Source of the DNA: Octopus sinensis
Lineage: Eukaryota
Reading direction: 5' to 3'
NCBI RefSeq assembly: GCF_006345805.1
Contig: NC_043024.1
Location: 4,588,001 to 4,652,000, forward strand
Length of the DNA: 64,000 nucleotides
Made by a program: the position numbers and the translations under genes. The stretch's first letter is position 1, and every line of letters starts with the position of its first letter. Positions 24,844 to 39,915 of the stretch are shown here, piece by piece. The notes beneath the pieces are model-generated. The model ran no database searches and was not told where the DNA came from. It saw only the letters and a program-made list of their open reading frames with translations.

Positions 24844-25869
24844 AACATAAATACATATATATACATACGCGTATATTTATGCAAGCTGCCGCATAGACAC
24901 ATGCACAGCAACAAACAAAAAGAAACAGCTCCAATAATGGACATGGTCAAGAACCAGTGAAGAGGTTGCAAGAATGAAGGAATACTTTAGAAAATAAATA
25001 AATGAACGGTCCTCAAAAGTAACCCCCGAATTGTTTTCCCACAAAATTCCTACCTTCTCGGAATCTATATCGTCCGAGGTATATTTGTAGAAAATTTCAT
25101 TTAAAAATATGACATCTATTTTCTTGAAAGTTAAGAAGAATTGAAGTTGACGCCGCTGAATTTCCCGAAACTCCTCACACCAAAAGCACTTTCCTACAAA
25201 AGTTTTGTATATTCGGAATCTACATACTATAACAAATATTCGTAGAATATTTAATTAAAGTTACGATCATCCAAAGTGGTGGGGCATGAATCTGTAGTTA
25301 TGCCGGTTCTCTGTTCATTTTACTCGTTAATCACAACGTTTTCTTCTCATTTTACAAATAAATTTCCTCTATATCACATCTAACAGCTGATAATAGGTTT
25401 TCAGAAACAACAAACCAACATTTCAGTTTGGAAGTTATTATTTAAGACGAGGAAATATATTTTTCCTAAACTTTTTATGTTTTCGCTTCGAAATAATTAC
25501 TGTGACACCGAGAAGTTCACAGAATTCTATTAATTACATTGTTATTAGTAGTATTAATATCATCATTGTCAACTTACTGTATTCAGACAAAAACTGCAAA
25601 TCACAGACCGATAACTAATTAGTCTAATTAATAATAATGATGTTAATTTCAAAGCACCTTGCACACACGGGAAGCCAGTAAGTGTATGACGTCATCAAGA
25701 GTGAAAGCGCGCTGTTTCGTGGCCGACCTATCGACGGCCGGAATGAACTATTATAGAAGTTATTTCCCTTCGTTTCATAGTAGTTCTCTAATTCTCTCCT
25801 AGATGGCTCTACTGATTGGTGGGATTCCCTCCAGTATCCCCCTCAGTTTTATTCTATTAATATCTGTAT

Positions 25870-25945
25870 TGTGTGTTAAGGCGCTCATTTGAGGGAATGA
25901 TTTGCCACAGATCTCGCACTGATATATCTTCTCTCCTGTAAGAAT
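25870..25945 (-). pseudogene. Single isolated C2H2 finger relic
   Basis: Minus strand ILTGEKIYQCEICGKSFPQMSALTH. Confidence 0.6.
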
Positions 25946-26056
25946 ATATTTCTGTTTAGCTAAAACGCTAAATAGAAAATCTCGCAGTGATAAAATCTTT
26001 ATTATGATCCTGAGATCGAACATAAAAAACGACATAACAGTACAAAGAATTACTAA

Positions 26057-26310
26057 AATGGGATCTTTTCCTTTTGAACAGCAGTTTTCAACACAATTTC
26101 TAGTTAACTAAACACTTTTAAACTTCGTATACTGGTTCAATGTGTCAAAATAAAACTTTTTTTTCTCTTGGCTTTCTTGAGAAAATTGCAATTTGTAAGT
26201 TTAACGTAGTTTAATTTTTCGAATTTTAACCAATCCTATGCCCTCTATTGAGCTAAAATCATTTGCTGCGTCTAAAACAGACAACATCCTGTCACTAAAC
26301 TTTCAACTGC
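26057..26310. mobile_element. Fragment of the GGATCTTTTC-TIR MITE family (cf. 58616-59024)
   Basis: Degenerate TIR GGATCTTTTCCTTTTGAACAGCAG plus internal sequence matching the 58.8-59.0 kb copy in reverse. Confidence 0.55.
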
Positions 26311-26699
26311 AGAATGCATTTCCTAATGTCAACCCTTCTACAGAGTGCACTGGGTGTCATTTTCTCTTTTTTATGTGACAACAAAACCGACAGGGTCCCC
26401 AAGGACCTTGCAAGACAAAATAGCTCAAAACTGGCAGGGAGGAAGGTAGTATTGAAGGGACGTCACCTTGTGCCAGTTGACAGGTTTAAGGTAGAAAGGG
26501 AACAGGGTCCAGATATAGAGCAAAAAAAACAAGCACAAAATAAATATTTTATTCATTATTCTTTATTAAGAAATTCCTATAACTGATGAAAGGAAAAAGC
26601 CTGTGTTTTAGCAGACCAATTAGTGTTAATTATTGTTATGACTTAATAAATTTTGACATTGAGACAGTAACACGTCTCTGTGAATAGCCACATGTTTAT

Positions 26700-27190
26700 G
26701 CATGTGGCTTTTTCGAGAGAATCATTTGCCACACATGTCACACTGACATGGCTACTCTCATGTAGGGATTTGTTCATGGACAGTTAAGTTAGGTCTATGA
26801 GAGAATGCTTTAACACAGACACGACCATTACATAGGTTGTGTCTGGTATGAAGATTTTCGTGTGTAGTTACAACACCATTTGCAAAAAATGAATTACAAC
26901 AACTAATGCGGGATTATGGCTTCTCTACTCCATGTGTATGCGTGTGTCTATTCAACTGATGCCTTTGAGAAAATGACTCACCACAGATCTCACAATGATA
27001 AGGTTTCTCACCAGTATGAAGGCGATTGTGAGTAAACAAATGACTATTTCGAGAGAATGATTTACCACAATTATCACACTGATATGGTTTCTCTCCTGTA
27101 TGTGTACGCTTGTGAGTAACCAATTCACTATTACGAAAGAATGATTTACCACAGATATCACAATGGTATGGCCTCTCTCCGGTATCAATA
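26700..27190 (-). pseudogene. Decayed C2H2 ZNF fragment (3 recognisable fingers plus degenerate ones)
   Basis: [16 protein letters not shown]...[16 protein letters not shown]...[16 protein letters not shown]; no start context. Confidence 0.75.
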
Positions 27191-28666
27191 CGTTTATTAT
27201 ATCTTCTTAGTGTTCCATGCTCTAGATCTGTGCATCTTTTCTCAGGCAGCTTGCAACTGTGTCTCTTGTGAATCCATAGTTTAGGCTAAATTAATCCTTA
27301 GAAACAAATATCAATCTCTTAAGTGAGAAGACGATAAATAATTGCACAGAAGTGCAAGTGTTGAGTTATGGTCTCAATAAAAAAAAGAAATTCCTTTTCA
27401 CTATCAACACACCACCACCACCACCACCACCATCACTCTCTCTCTCTGTGCCTTTATTTAATATCAACATCAGAACCACCCCTCTGCTAAGATTATATTT
27501 CTAACTCTTCTCTATATCACTACCTTCAGCTAGCTTTTTTAACCATAAAATAACTATTACATTCCCCCCATCACATGTCATGCTTGCTTCTTTCTTAGTC
27601 TTTTTGTCTCTCCCTTTTCTTTCTTTCTCTATTTGCCTCACTCTTTGTCTTATCATCTTTTCTCTCTCTACCCCCTTTTCTCTAATAACATGAAAGTGTT
27701 ACTGACGAGCTAAGTAACAGAATGAGAAGCAGAATTATTATAAGATCACCTTACTCTATTTCTCCCTCCCTTTTCTCCACTTCTGTCCCCACCCCTCATT
27801 TATTCCACTAATCTAATGAAAGCATAACAGCTGTACAAACAAGCTGGTTCTTATATATATACATAAATATCATTTTTGTCTGAGGTTTGGATAATATTCT
27901 TTGCAGAGTAATTACATATCACATAAGGAGACTGGAAAACAGTTTGATATTATTTATTCAGCATTACATGTGTTTCATTACCTAATAGGAATTACAAACT
28001 TTAGACAAAGAGAAAACATGTAAAATATCTCCTATAAGAAATTCTTCATATATACATATATACACGTGTGTGAGTGTGTGTGTGTATGCACAAGTGAGTG
28101 TATCTTTGTCCAGACATTATGTGATGTCCGTCATACTTCTGCAGTTCTTCATTTCCAGTCCTCTGCGTAAATTATGTCTCACCAGGAAAAATATTTCCTT
28201 GCTTGGAAACAGGTGAGGATTGGTGACAAGAAAGGGTACCCAGCTCAGGAAAATCTCCATCAATGAATTCCATCTGATCCATTGAAGCATGGAAAAGTGA
28301 ATTTTAAATGATGATGATTATCATCATTGTAGTGATATGGTTCCTCTTCTGTATGAATGCAGTAATGTTTTAATAATTGATCATTTTCATAGATTGACTT
28401 AGCACAAATGTCTTAGGGTATGGTTTTATCTTTCATATTAATATGACTGTGTATAATTCTCCATTTCGATAGAATGATTAAGCACTGCTATCACAGTGAT
28501 ATGTTTTCCTTCCTCTGTCAATGCTCTTTTGATTCGTTAATGGATCATTTCAAATGAAAGGCTTACCATTGATATCACATTGATATAGTTTCTTTCTTGT
28601 GTAGAGGGTTTTATGAGATACAAACTTGTCCTTCTGAAGGAATGTTCTACAACCAATGTCACTGTG

Positions 28667-29899
<1,233 letters not shown>

Positions 29900-30278
29900 T
29901 CAAGTTGTACAGATCAACAACTTTTCAATAATATTTCTTCTCTCACCAAAATATATGGATATTTTGCTTCTTTTTGCTTTTATAGTTTATTCCAAACCAA
30001 TATCACTTCTCTTATATTTCTTCTGAACGTGATCAATGCCAATATTTAAAAATGTCGCAAATACTCTTTGGAAATCTATCAAAGTATATGTAAAAGAGAA
30101 GATTATCTTCTGCACATTTCAGACACAGAAGTAAAGAAATGCTTTCTCTCTCTCAGAGGAAATATTTTACTGTAATTCAGCAATGTTTTCTAGAAGCAGG
30201 ATTATACGTTTGTAGAATATCTTTGCAGAGTCTTTCAAACATGATACATATTGATGATTCTTTAAAAGTAAAAAATAC

Positions 30279-31709
30279 TTTCCTCCTTCCACTCCTCTTC
30301 CTTTATTTTTGCGAAGCGAGTGGTTGCTTTTATGTCTGTAGCCTTGCTAAATAGTTTAAATTTGGAAAATTTAAAGTATTTATATACCCTTTCGTTTTTT
30401 TCATCAAAAGCAATGATCTTATCATATTTTTTTAAAGACTTTTTCACATCTTGTTTTATGGGGAGGGGCTTGGCGAACTGTTTTCCAATGAATACAGTGC
30501 CATGGGGGTAGGGCTGGGGAATTTGCTTTGTGTGTATGTCTGTGGTGCTTGCTGATTTTTTCCTTGTTTGGGGAGGGGAGTCCAGGGTGTTGTCTTTTTT
30601 TCTTTTGTGTGTCACCTGTGTGTAATCCATTTGTTCGATACAATCCTCCGTTTCTGTTTCTTTGCTTGTCGTCGTCTTGTTATCTTTTTCCGCCTTCTCC
30701 TCTTCAGTGTTTGAAGCACTTTGAGGAGGGGCTTCGTTGGTTTTCTTTTTTTTTAAGCAGTTCGAGCGGACGTGACCCTTCTCGCCACATTTAAAACACC
30801 TAGGTCTGCGCCCCTCCACTGACACTCTCATGGACGTTCCATCCTCGTTGAATATCCTATCGGGCAGGTTCTCCAATATCTTGTTCTCTGCCTGAACGAG
30901 GAGTTCCAGCGTCTGTCCCTTCCAGCGTACCTCCTCTTTCCTTCTCATCTGCAGAATCGAAATTTCCCGCTCTACATTGTGCAGGACCGCCGCTGCTACC
31001 CACATTATTTCATACCCTCTCGGTATGTCCTCTACCAGCAGTTTAGCTGTTCTTTTTCCCATATACGAGGGTAGCAACATGATATCATCATTTTTCAGGG
31101 TCATTGATGACACCTCTCTTGCTACCTCAGCCGAGTCAAAATGTGCTTCAACAGTGGCGCTGCGAGCACCTCGTACGACATGGCGAATTTTGTCCCACAC
31201 CGGGGACAAGCACTTTTCGACTATCTCGTTTCTAACGTCCATAATTTTTTTTTCTTTGTAGCTATACACTTTGTATATAACTGTTTTTTCCTTTATTTCT
31301 TGTACCTTCGCTTGCGGCGGTACAAGTTTGATTTCGTTTCCTTCCATTTTCACCAAGTTCCTAAATTCGAACAGTTGTTCGATCTTGAATTCAACGTCCA
31401 TCATGGTTCCGCCTACCGCGGCCGAAAAAGACTGTTTTGTTACTTCAGTGTCCTTTAATTCACTTGTTCCCATCGCGGGAAAATCATTCTTCGACGCCAA
31501 GTCGAAATCCATTTCTCAAAAATGTTTCAAAAATTACCTCGAAGGTAATAACAATTTTAAACATAGAATTTTCTGCCCCGTAGGGCGAAAATTACCGTTA
31601 CACAACGGGCACCGTTCAATTAACAATTAACAACAAACAACGATGAGCAAAAAGTCGAACTCTCTCAACAAAAGGCAGCATATTTCTCAAAACGCAGATG
31701 AAAGTTCAA
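30279..31709 (-). mobile_element. Tx1/L1-clade LINE copy c: 5'UTR + ORF1 (30262-31512), 3'-truncated and fused to the ZNF-B upstream sequence
   Basis: Near-identical to ORF1 of the full copies; zinc knuckle CFKCGEKGHVRSNC; the last residues (SIFYF) come from ZNF leader DNA. Confidence 0.9.
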
Positions 31710-31721
31710 GGGAACTAACTC

Positions 31722-34700
31722 TTTATTTCTATATTATGATTATACAATCGTTACGTAGAAGGACAAATACAGGATATACATGCAAGAAACAGTTAAGAGG
31801 GTCGATTAAAAATTTTCCATAACATTTGGATTATTCATTATTAAAAATTCGTCTGTAAATTGTCCTTTACATGACCAATAGAATATTATAACATTACATA
31901 AACTTTCGATCTTACCGAAGTTTTAAACCCCGGCAATTTATAAGGCCCCGCAGCTTTTGTTTCCTCTCCTCCCTCCATAGTTAAGCTGGGTTTCTGACAC
32001 CCACCTTTTTTTCCACTTCCTTCCATCTTTTCTCATACACACCCCGTGGTAAGATCCTCTTTTCCAGCCCCATTTTGCTCTTCAGATGATATCTGAAGTA
32101 AGTGAGCAAGCCGGGGCCCGAGACAAAGGATCCTATCGCGACTCCTTCCATTCTTGTTCGCCACATGCATTCTTTTACTACTGCAACCGTGCAGTGAAAA
32201 CATGCCTCACCTTCCTTCGAGAGTCCAGTTGGCGGTATCATCTTAATCATAGACTCAGCCGACAGCTGTACTCGTCCCCGATGCGATAACACGTGTTCTG
32301 CGTAACTTATCAAGTCGGACAACTTCCGACAGTGTACAAAAGCGTGCTGGACGGTTTCATCGTCCAACTCGCACCTTGGACACATCGGTGGCACTGAAAT
32401 TCCGTGCCGCGATAACTTCTCGCGAACAGGTAAAGCATTCCTATAGCACTGCCAGGCCAGGGATCTTTGGAAATTATCCAAATACCCCGTCCTGAAGGTC
32501 TTTTTAAACATGTTGGTAAGCTGGTCTTCGTCAAACTCCAGAGCCCCTCCTAGGACGCCGTCGTTCTTTGCCTCTACCAGCCTTCTATAAAATACCGAGG
32601 TGGTATTTCCGCAGCCGGCCTTGCATGCCTTGTGGATCAGCGTGAGTGCCTGTCGGCACTCCTTTTGCCATAAAGTCAGTTTCCATCTTTTGATGCGACC
32701 GGGTTTAAAATTCACTAAGGAGGCCGGTCTCGGGAAAAATTCCCCTGCCAGCGGACTCCACACCTTATCATCCTCCAGGTGGTGCCAGAGATGCTTCAGC
32801 CTCAACGCATGTCTGCGCATCATCAACCAAGGCATTCCTAACCCACCCTTTAACGGTTCCTGGCAGCAAACGGAGCGCCTCACAAGTGGCTTTCCTCCCT
32901 TCCACAAAAAGCGGAAAAGGATTCGCTCCAACTTGCTAAGCCATGAACCGGGGCAAGGGACAACGGTCAGGCGGTAAGTGATTACAGATGCAATGAACAT
33001 CTGTACCACCTCCACCCTTCCTTTCAAGGACAGAAACCTTCAGGACCAGGTCCGTACTATGGCCTCCACCTTGCTCGTCACCTCACTCCAGTTCCTCTCC
33101 GTTTGGGAGTCTGGCCCAAACCAAACTCCTAGCAACTTAACAGGGCCATCCGTCCAGTGTCCCACGACACTGGACGATATCGACTTGCTCCTCCAGGTGC
33201 CGAGGCGCAAGCCAACCGACTTGTCCTTGTTAACCTTTGCTCCTGCCATCGCCTCGTATCCTCTGATAGCCTCTTCCACACAAGGTAGCTGGGCCTCATT
33301 GGACACGATGAGGGTGACGTCATCCGCATAAGCAGTAACCGTCCTCCCACCTCCGATCTCATCCGAGTTACTTCCCAGCCTCTCCAACTTTCGCAGCAAT
33401 GGCTCAAGAGCCAACACGTACAAAAGTGGTGACAAGGGGCACCCTTGACGAACTGAACATTCGATCGAAAACGGTTCCGTTAGGTAACCGTTTATCTGGA
33501 CGGTGGACTTGATGCCGCTATACATAGCGGAGATCCACCCGCGAAATTCAGGGCCCAGTCCAGCCGCTTCGAGGACCGTCGCCAGGTACTCATGGTCTAC
33601 CCTATCGAACGCTTTACTTTGGTCTAAATGGACCATTACCCCGCCCTTGTCGGTTAATTTACCCACCCTATCTAAGGTGTAGCGTATAAGGTGAAGATTG
33701 TCCTGGATCGACCTGCCTGGAATTGCACATGTCTGTGCTCTCCCTACAAGTTTCTCCACGACAACCGTCAACCTTTTTGCCAACACCTTGGCCAAAATCT
33801 TTAACTCTACATTAAGTAGAGTTATGGGCCTGTAGTTACTAATGTTATCCCCCTTGCTCGGGTCTTTCTGGATTAGCGTCACCACTCCCCGGCTTACAGA
33901 ACTGGGAATTCTCCCATTCTGCTGCCAGTTCGTGTAGACGCCTGCCATATTCCCCCGAACAAGTCCGGCATACTTTGGTAAAACTCGTAGGGCAGACCAT
34001 CCAACCCCGGCGACTTCTCCCCGGCGCATCCGGCCAGTATCCCCTCTATCTCCGCGGGAGTGATCGCTTCTTCACAGCACTCCACCTCACGCCCCGAGAG
34101 CCGCGGTCCGCCGGCCAGGAAGTCCTTTAAGGTCCTCCCCCGCTCCGGCGCCACACCACCCCCGAACACGCGGGCGAAATGCTGGTGAAGAAACTTTTGC
34201 ATCTCCTCCTGTCCATAGATCTTTTGTCCCTGTTCGTCAGTTAAAGACTTGATTGAGGCTTTGTTACCTCTCTGACTCTCCAGTCGACGGGCCCATCCGG
34301 CAACGTTAATACCTTCTCGTTTCCCAGCGCGTAGCTTAGCTCTGACTCTGCAACCTTCGTGTTTGGAGTTAAGGTGACGGTACAATACCGTCCTTGCCGC
34401 CATCACTCCGGATGCAGAGCCAGCTTCCATTGCCTCGTTTAGATTCTTAACTAAATCGTCCTCTATCCTAGACCTATCTAACCTTAGCTGATTGCTAAAT
34501 CTAATGGACTCTGAACGAATGGCTCTTTTGAGGGAGTGCCACCATCTATTGTTAATGATGGTGCCACACAATGCCCTCTGTACTAACACCTTAATCCGGG
34601 TACGGAAGTCTTCACAATTCAAAATAGCCTTGTTCAGCTTCCAGTACCGGGTCCCTGTCTATGACACTTGTCTAATTGCATCCTACACGTCACAAATTTG

Positions 34701-37014
34701 TGATCCGTGTAAGGCACAATGTGAAACTGTGGACAACTAAACGTATCCTTATCTCTTTTCTTAATAAATATCCTATCTAAATACGATCTGTGTGAGCCGT
34801 CGTTGTTACTCCACGTCCACTGTGGAACGCTCGGCTCATCCAGTCGGTAACGGTCCACTAGATCAAAGCTCTCTAGTAGACCCTTGAGGCTAGGGTTCCC
34901 CTTCCTATTGGTTGAGCCAACACTGTCGACCCGCGCTTCAAGGACAGTGTTAAAGTCCCCTACTAGGATTACCGTTTTCGACGTCGCTAAAAAGGGCTCC
35001 AGGTTCCGAAAAAAACCCGTCTGTCTACCCTCGTTCGGAGCGTAGACAGCTACCAACCTGAAGGACTGTTTACTTACGTGGGTCACATACAGAACAACCA
35101 GCCTGCCTTCTGGGTCCAGAAAGACAGTACTTACCTGCAAGTCCAAGCTCTTCCTGATAAGGACTGCCACGCCTCTGCCTCTTCCTCGGCTAGGAGAAAT
35201 AAATTTCTCGAACCCATTTAGAAGAGGCGAGAACGCTTGGGCCTCGTTCATCTTGGACTCGGTTGCAATAGCTATGTCTACTCCATGTGTCGTGAGGTCG
35301 TTCAGGAAACAAATTTGTTTCCACTTCGTCCCCATTCCACGTACATTCACACAACCCAGCTTAGCCATTGTCGGTGAGAGAAAAAATAAATGAACTTACG
35401 GTTGAGAAAGGGAGCATGACAGTTTAAATCTGCCCGCTTCCACTTCTTCCTCCCTTGTGGTCGTAGCTGCAGGGCTCTTAACCGGCGTTGCCACCGGGCT
35501 CTGGGTAGGTGTGGTTGCCGGGGTTATAACAAGTTTACCCTCCAGTACTTCTTTTGTTACATCTCTTATCAGTCTATTCTTTAGATGTTCTTGTAGTATT
35601 TCCTCCTTCCACTCGTCTTCCTTTATTTTTGCGAAGCGAGTGGTTGCTTTTATGTCTGTAGCCTTGCTAAATAGTTTAAATTTTGAAAATTTATAGTATT
35701 TATATACCCTTTCGTTTTTTTCATCAAAAGCAATGATCTTATCATTTTATTTTAAAGACTTTTTTACATCTTGTTTTATGGGGAGGGGCTTGGCGAACTG
35801 TTTTCCAATGAATACAGTGCCATGGGGGTAGGGCTGGGGAATTTGCTTTGTGTGTATGTCTGCGGTGCTTGCTGATTTTTTCCTTGTTTGGGGAGGGGAG
35901 TCCAGGGTGTTGTCTCTTTTTCTTTTGTGTGTCACCTGTGTGTAATCCATTTGTTCGATACAATCCTCCGTTTCTGTTTCTTTGCTTGTCGTCGTCTTGT
36001 TTTCTTTTTCCGCCTTCTCCCCTTCAGTGTTAGAAGCACTTTGAGGAGGGGCTTCGTTGGTTTTCTTTTTTTTTAAGCAGTTCGAGCGGACGTGACCCTT
36101 CTCGCCACATTTAAAACACCTAGGTCTGCGCCCCTCCACTGACACTCTCATGGACGTTCCATCTTCGTTAAATATCCTATCGGGCAGGTTCTCCAATATC
36201 TTGTTTTCTGCCTGAACGAGGAGTTCCAGCGTACCTCCTCTTTCCTTCTCATCTGCAGAATCGAAATTTCCCGCTCTACATTGTGCAGGACCGCCGCTGC
36301 TACCCACATTATATCATACCCTCTCGGTATGTCCTCTACCAGCAGTTTAGCTGTTCTTTTTCCCATATACGAGGGTAGCAGCATGATATCATCATTTTTC
36401 AGGGTCAATGATGACACCTCTCTTGCTACCTCAGCCGAGTCAAAATGTGCTTCAACAGTAGCGCTGCGAGCACCTCGAACGACATGGCGAATTTTGTCCC
36501 ACACCGGGGACAAGCACTTTTCGACCATTTCGTTTCTGACGTCCATAATTTTCTTTTCTTTGTAGCTATACACTTTGTATATAACTGTTTTTTCCTTTAT
36601 TTCTTGTACCTTCGCTTGCGGCGGTACAAGTTTGATTTCGTTTCCTTCCATTTTCACCAAGTTCCTAAATTCGAACAGTTGTTCGATCTTGAATTCAACG
36701 TCCATCATGGTTCCGCCTACCGCGGCCGAAAAAGACTGTTTTGTTACTTCAGTATCCTTTAATTCACTTGTTCCCATCGCGGGAAAATCATTCTTCGACG
36801 CCAAGTCGAAATCCATTTCTCAAAAATGTTTCAAAAATTACCTTCGAAGGTAATAACAATATTAAATACAGAATTTTCTGCCCCGTAGGGCGAAAATTAC
36901 CGTTACACAACGGGCACTGTTCAATTAACAATTAACACAAACAACGATGAGCAAAAAATCGAACTCTCTCGACAAAAGGCAGCAAATTTCTCAAAACGCA
37001 GATGAAAGTTCAAG
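31722..37014 (-). mobile_element. Full-length but inactivated Tx1/L1-clade LINE copy a (ORF1 35396-36816; ORF2 31981-35368)
   Basis: APE motifs (VNVRG, VYAPN, ILVGDFN, SYLDRIF, TDHK), RT motifs (NYRPITLLN, LDQSKAFDRV, RQGCPLSP, AYADD) and a C-terminal CPRC...H...C; several frameshifts and stops. Confidence 0.93.
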
Positions 37015-37066
37015 GGGAACTAACTCTTGTCTTGAAATATTAACGGCTTTCCTGATATATATTTGA

Positions 37067-37654
37067 GTAGCAGTATAACCCGGCGTTGCTCGGTATTAAA
37101 TTCGGATCATTAAGAGATGAAGTGAGTTATTTCAAACCAAAATAAGTGACAATGATATCACATTTGAGCGAAATCTGCTGAAATTGGCGAAAAGTTTGGC
37201 TGATCGCAGGGAATTTGATTGGGAAATACCATAAGGAATCAGTTTATCGATTATTTCTACTAATGGTTTTTTTTTTTTTTTTTTTAAGAACTTAAAGCAT
37301 TCAAAGATCCCATGAGTCCTAAGTAGTGCTGGTATCAAGTTTGAGCAAAATATGTCAAAATTGGTAAAAGTTATGGTTGAAAATGGGGTGTAGCCAATTT
37401 TAGCAGAAACCCTATAAGGAATTAGTTTATCAATTATTTATCCTCATTGAATGGATAACCCGAAATCGATGGTGTTTGGCCTTGGGATTTGTTGATGGAC
37501 ATGGTGAAGCATGGTCTCACCGGACATTGCAATCTGCAGAACTTGACCGGCATGTCTGACCGTGGGGGATAAAGCTGCATCGTTGAAATGAAAACATTTT
37601 CACCCCTCCTGCACCCTGTTACAATGGTGGCCTCAATCAAGTGGGGCGTCAGGG
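37067..37654 (-). mobile_element. Helitron 3' tail (helicase C-terminus + terminus), duplicate of 43471-44033
   Basis: IEATIVTG...FTMSINKSQGQT and the same terminal hairpin; reverse complement of the 43.5-44.0 kb segment. Confidence 0.85.
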
Positions 37655-37828
37655 AATATGTTTAAAAGGTAGATATTCCAAAATGCAAATTTATGCCATT
37701 TCAGTTTTAATGGATTGTAGAAGTAAACCTGCATTCAAACTAATAAACTTACCCAAAAGTTAATAAATTACGAGCAGATTCAATAATTATAATTGCAACT
37801 CCTGGACATTAAATCTGTGAGACACACG

Positions 37829-37883
<55 letters not shown>

Positions 37884-37971
37884 CAATATAGATGTTAATG
37901 GCCTAGATAACCAATGTTTTCACCTTGGAGTTCTATCTTGTCAACACAGCTTTGTTTAGTAACGCAGATGT

Positions 37972-38043
37972 GGAGGCACATGGCCTAATGGTTAGAGCAG
38001 CCGACTCGCGGTCGTGGGATCGCGGGTTCGAATCTCAGGCCGG
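37972..38043 (+). mobile_element. tRNA-derived SINE head (truncated)
   Basis: A-box-like TGGCCTAATGG and B-box-like GGTTCGAATCT at tRNA-like spacing; no proper acceptor stem, so not a true tRNA. Confidence 0.6.
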
Positions 38044-38872
38044 AATTCATGTGGTGGTAGGGGTTTAGGGTAAATAAACAAACAAGAAAACATCAAAACA
38101 AACCAAAAAAAAAAAAAAACATATATACATATACATACACACACACAAGATTCCATGCGCTGCCAGGACATCCTCCGTCTATAGCCAGAAAAAAGGCCTT
38201 TTCGTTTGTTTTCTTGTTTATTTTGATTTCTGTATTGTATTTTCTTTTTATTTCTCATTTTGTATTTTCCTGTACATGCATTTTTATCTTGTATTTTATT
38301 GTGCATTTTTATTGTTACTGTCCTGTTTTTGCTACATTTTTTTCGTGTTCGTTTTACCCCTCTGTAAGAAAATTTTATTTTAATTCTCACGCAGGAAGGC
38401 CTAGTTTTGACGAGTCGTGTCCTGTCTTGCCTTCGAAACACGCTTGAGTCTAACTAGCGACAGCTGATGATTGGGGATTTTTCCTTGTGTAGGATGTCCT
38501 GTACTTTGTTTTTCTGTTGTAAAAAAATGTTTTTCCCGTCTTCGTTTCTCGTCCAGTTCCACATCTCGGTTTTTCCATTGTAAAAAAATGGCTTTTCCGT
38601 TTTCGTTTCTTGTTGAGTTCTACGTCTTGTTGTGGTGTCTTGTACTCTCGTATATATATATTTTTATATATGCATGTATATATACATGTAGATGTAGGTA
38701 CTTACATATATGTTTGTATGTATGCATATATTTTATTTATTACACTATTGTCTGACAGCGCTTCGTGTCGGGTTCGTTTCGATTCGTCGCTTCGTTCTGT
38801 TTCTTCTTCTTCTCCCAGTTCTGTTTTATATATATACATATATATACATAAATATATATATATATATAATAT

Positions 38873-38903
<31 letters not shown>

Positions 38904-39159
38904 CCTGAATGATGTACCTACCATGGATGCTGTCCAAAAACTAAAAACTAGTAAAAGAATATATCACACACATTTTATTTGATTTGTGTAAAAAAATCAT
39001 ATCCATTGTTCTAAGAAATAATTTATTTATTTTCTTTAAACAATTCTTTTATTTTATTCTGTAAAATCAATTCATTTGCATACGCGCAAGTCGTTGTAGG
39101 ATCGACTACTTACGACTAGCTAGCGCCCTCCGGGTCCAGTCTTTGCTAGTAGTACCTAT

Positions 39160-39915
39160 ATATATAAGTTGTAAATTGTAATGACGGAGAAGAACTAGCA
39201 AAAATAAAGACATTTCTTTTAATGTTTCACACAAATGCCGTTCCATTTCTTCAGTGAACCATCCTCTTTTCGTTTCAGTATTTCGAGTGCACAATCTAAA
39301 TTTTATATATTCTCTATTTTTCAGAAATTACATCGGAACTTCCCTGCATTTAAATAAATTCTTAGATTTACAAGCCAAAAATAAAGGAAAATGTTGTGTA
39401 AACAAGGTATTGCACTGACTCAAAGCAATGTAAGAAATAACCAAAACTGGAACGGAATGTCTAAAAGAAAATAAAACAAAATTATTCGAATGTCAGCCTT
39501 ACTTTCATATAATTTCGGCTTTGTTTGGTGAGATTCTTTTAATTTAATTATTCAACACGTCAGAATAAGCAAATGTACGTAAAATGACACATATACAATA
39601 GAAATGCTTAAATAAATATAATACTCACATAGAAATATACGTATATATATAGAGAGAGTCACCGAGGAAAATGTGAGAATATGATGAAGCAGTGAGGTCT
39701 GGAGTCTGAGTGGACAATGACAGCTTCAAGAGAATATCTAGATTTTTAATAGCAAACGTTGATTTATATTTTACAGATGAATTTAATAAAGAATACTGTA
39801 CGGATTTCTTTACACAGTTAATTATCAAACATGTGTATATTCAATTGGGTTCTCTCTTAAACAAGGAAACAGAATTGGAAAGATTTAGCAATTAACAGAC
39901 GAGGGGAAATCACTC
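39160..39915 (-). promoter_or_regulatory. Paralogous ZNF upstream module (minus orientation), with no ZNF coding exon attached
   Basis: Reverse complement aligns with 51102-51400 and 51540-51880; begins GAGTGATTTCCCC...TGTTAATTGCTAAATCTTTCC. Confidence 0.65.

Noticed and set aside
37972-38043. Functional tRNA gene
   Set aside because: No acceptor stem pairing or clear anticodon arm; matches a SINE-head pattern
39710-39895. 61-aa ORF
   Set aside because: Lies antisense within a paralogous ZNF upstream module; the frame was not seen to be conserved in the other copies
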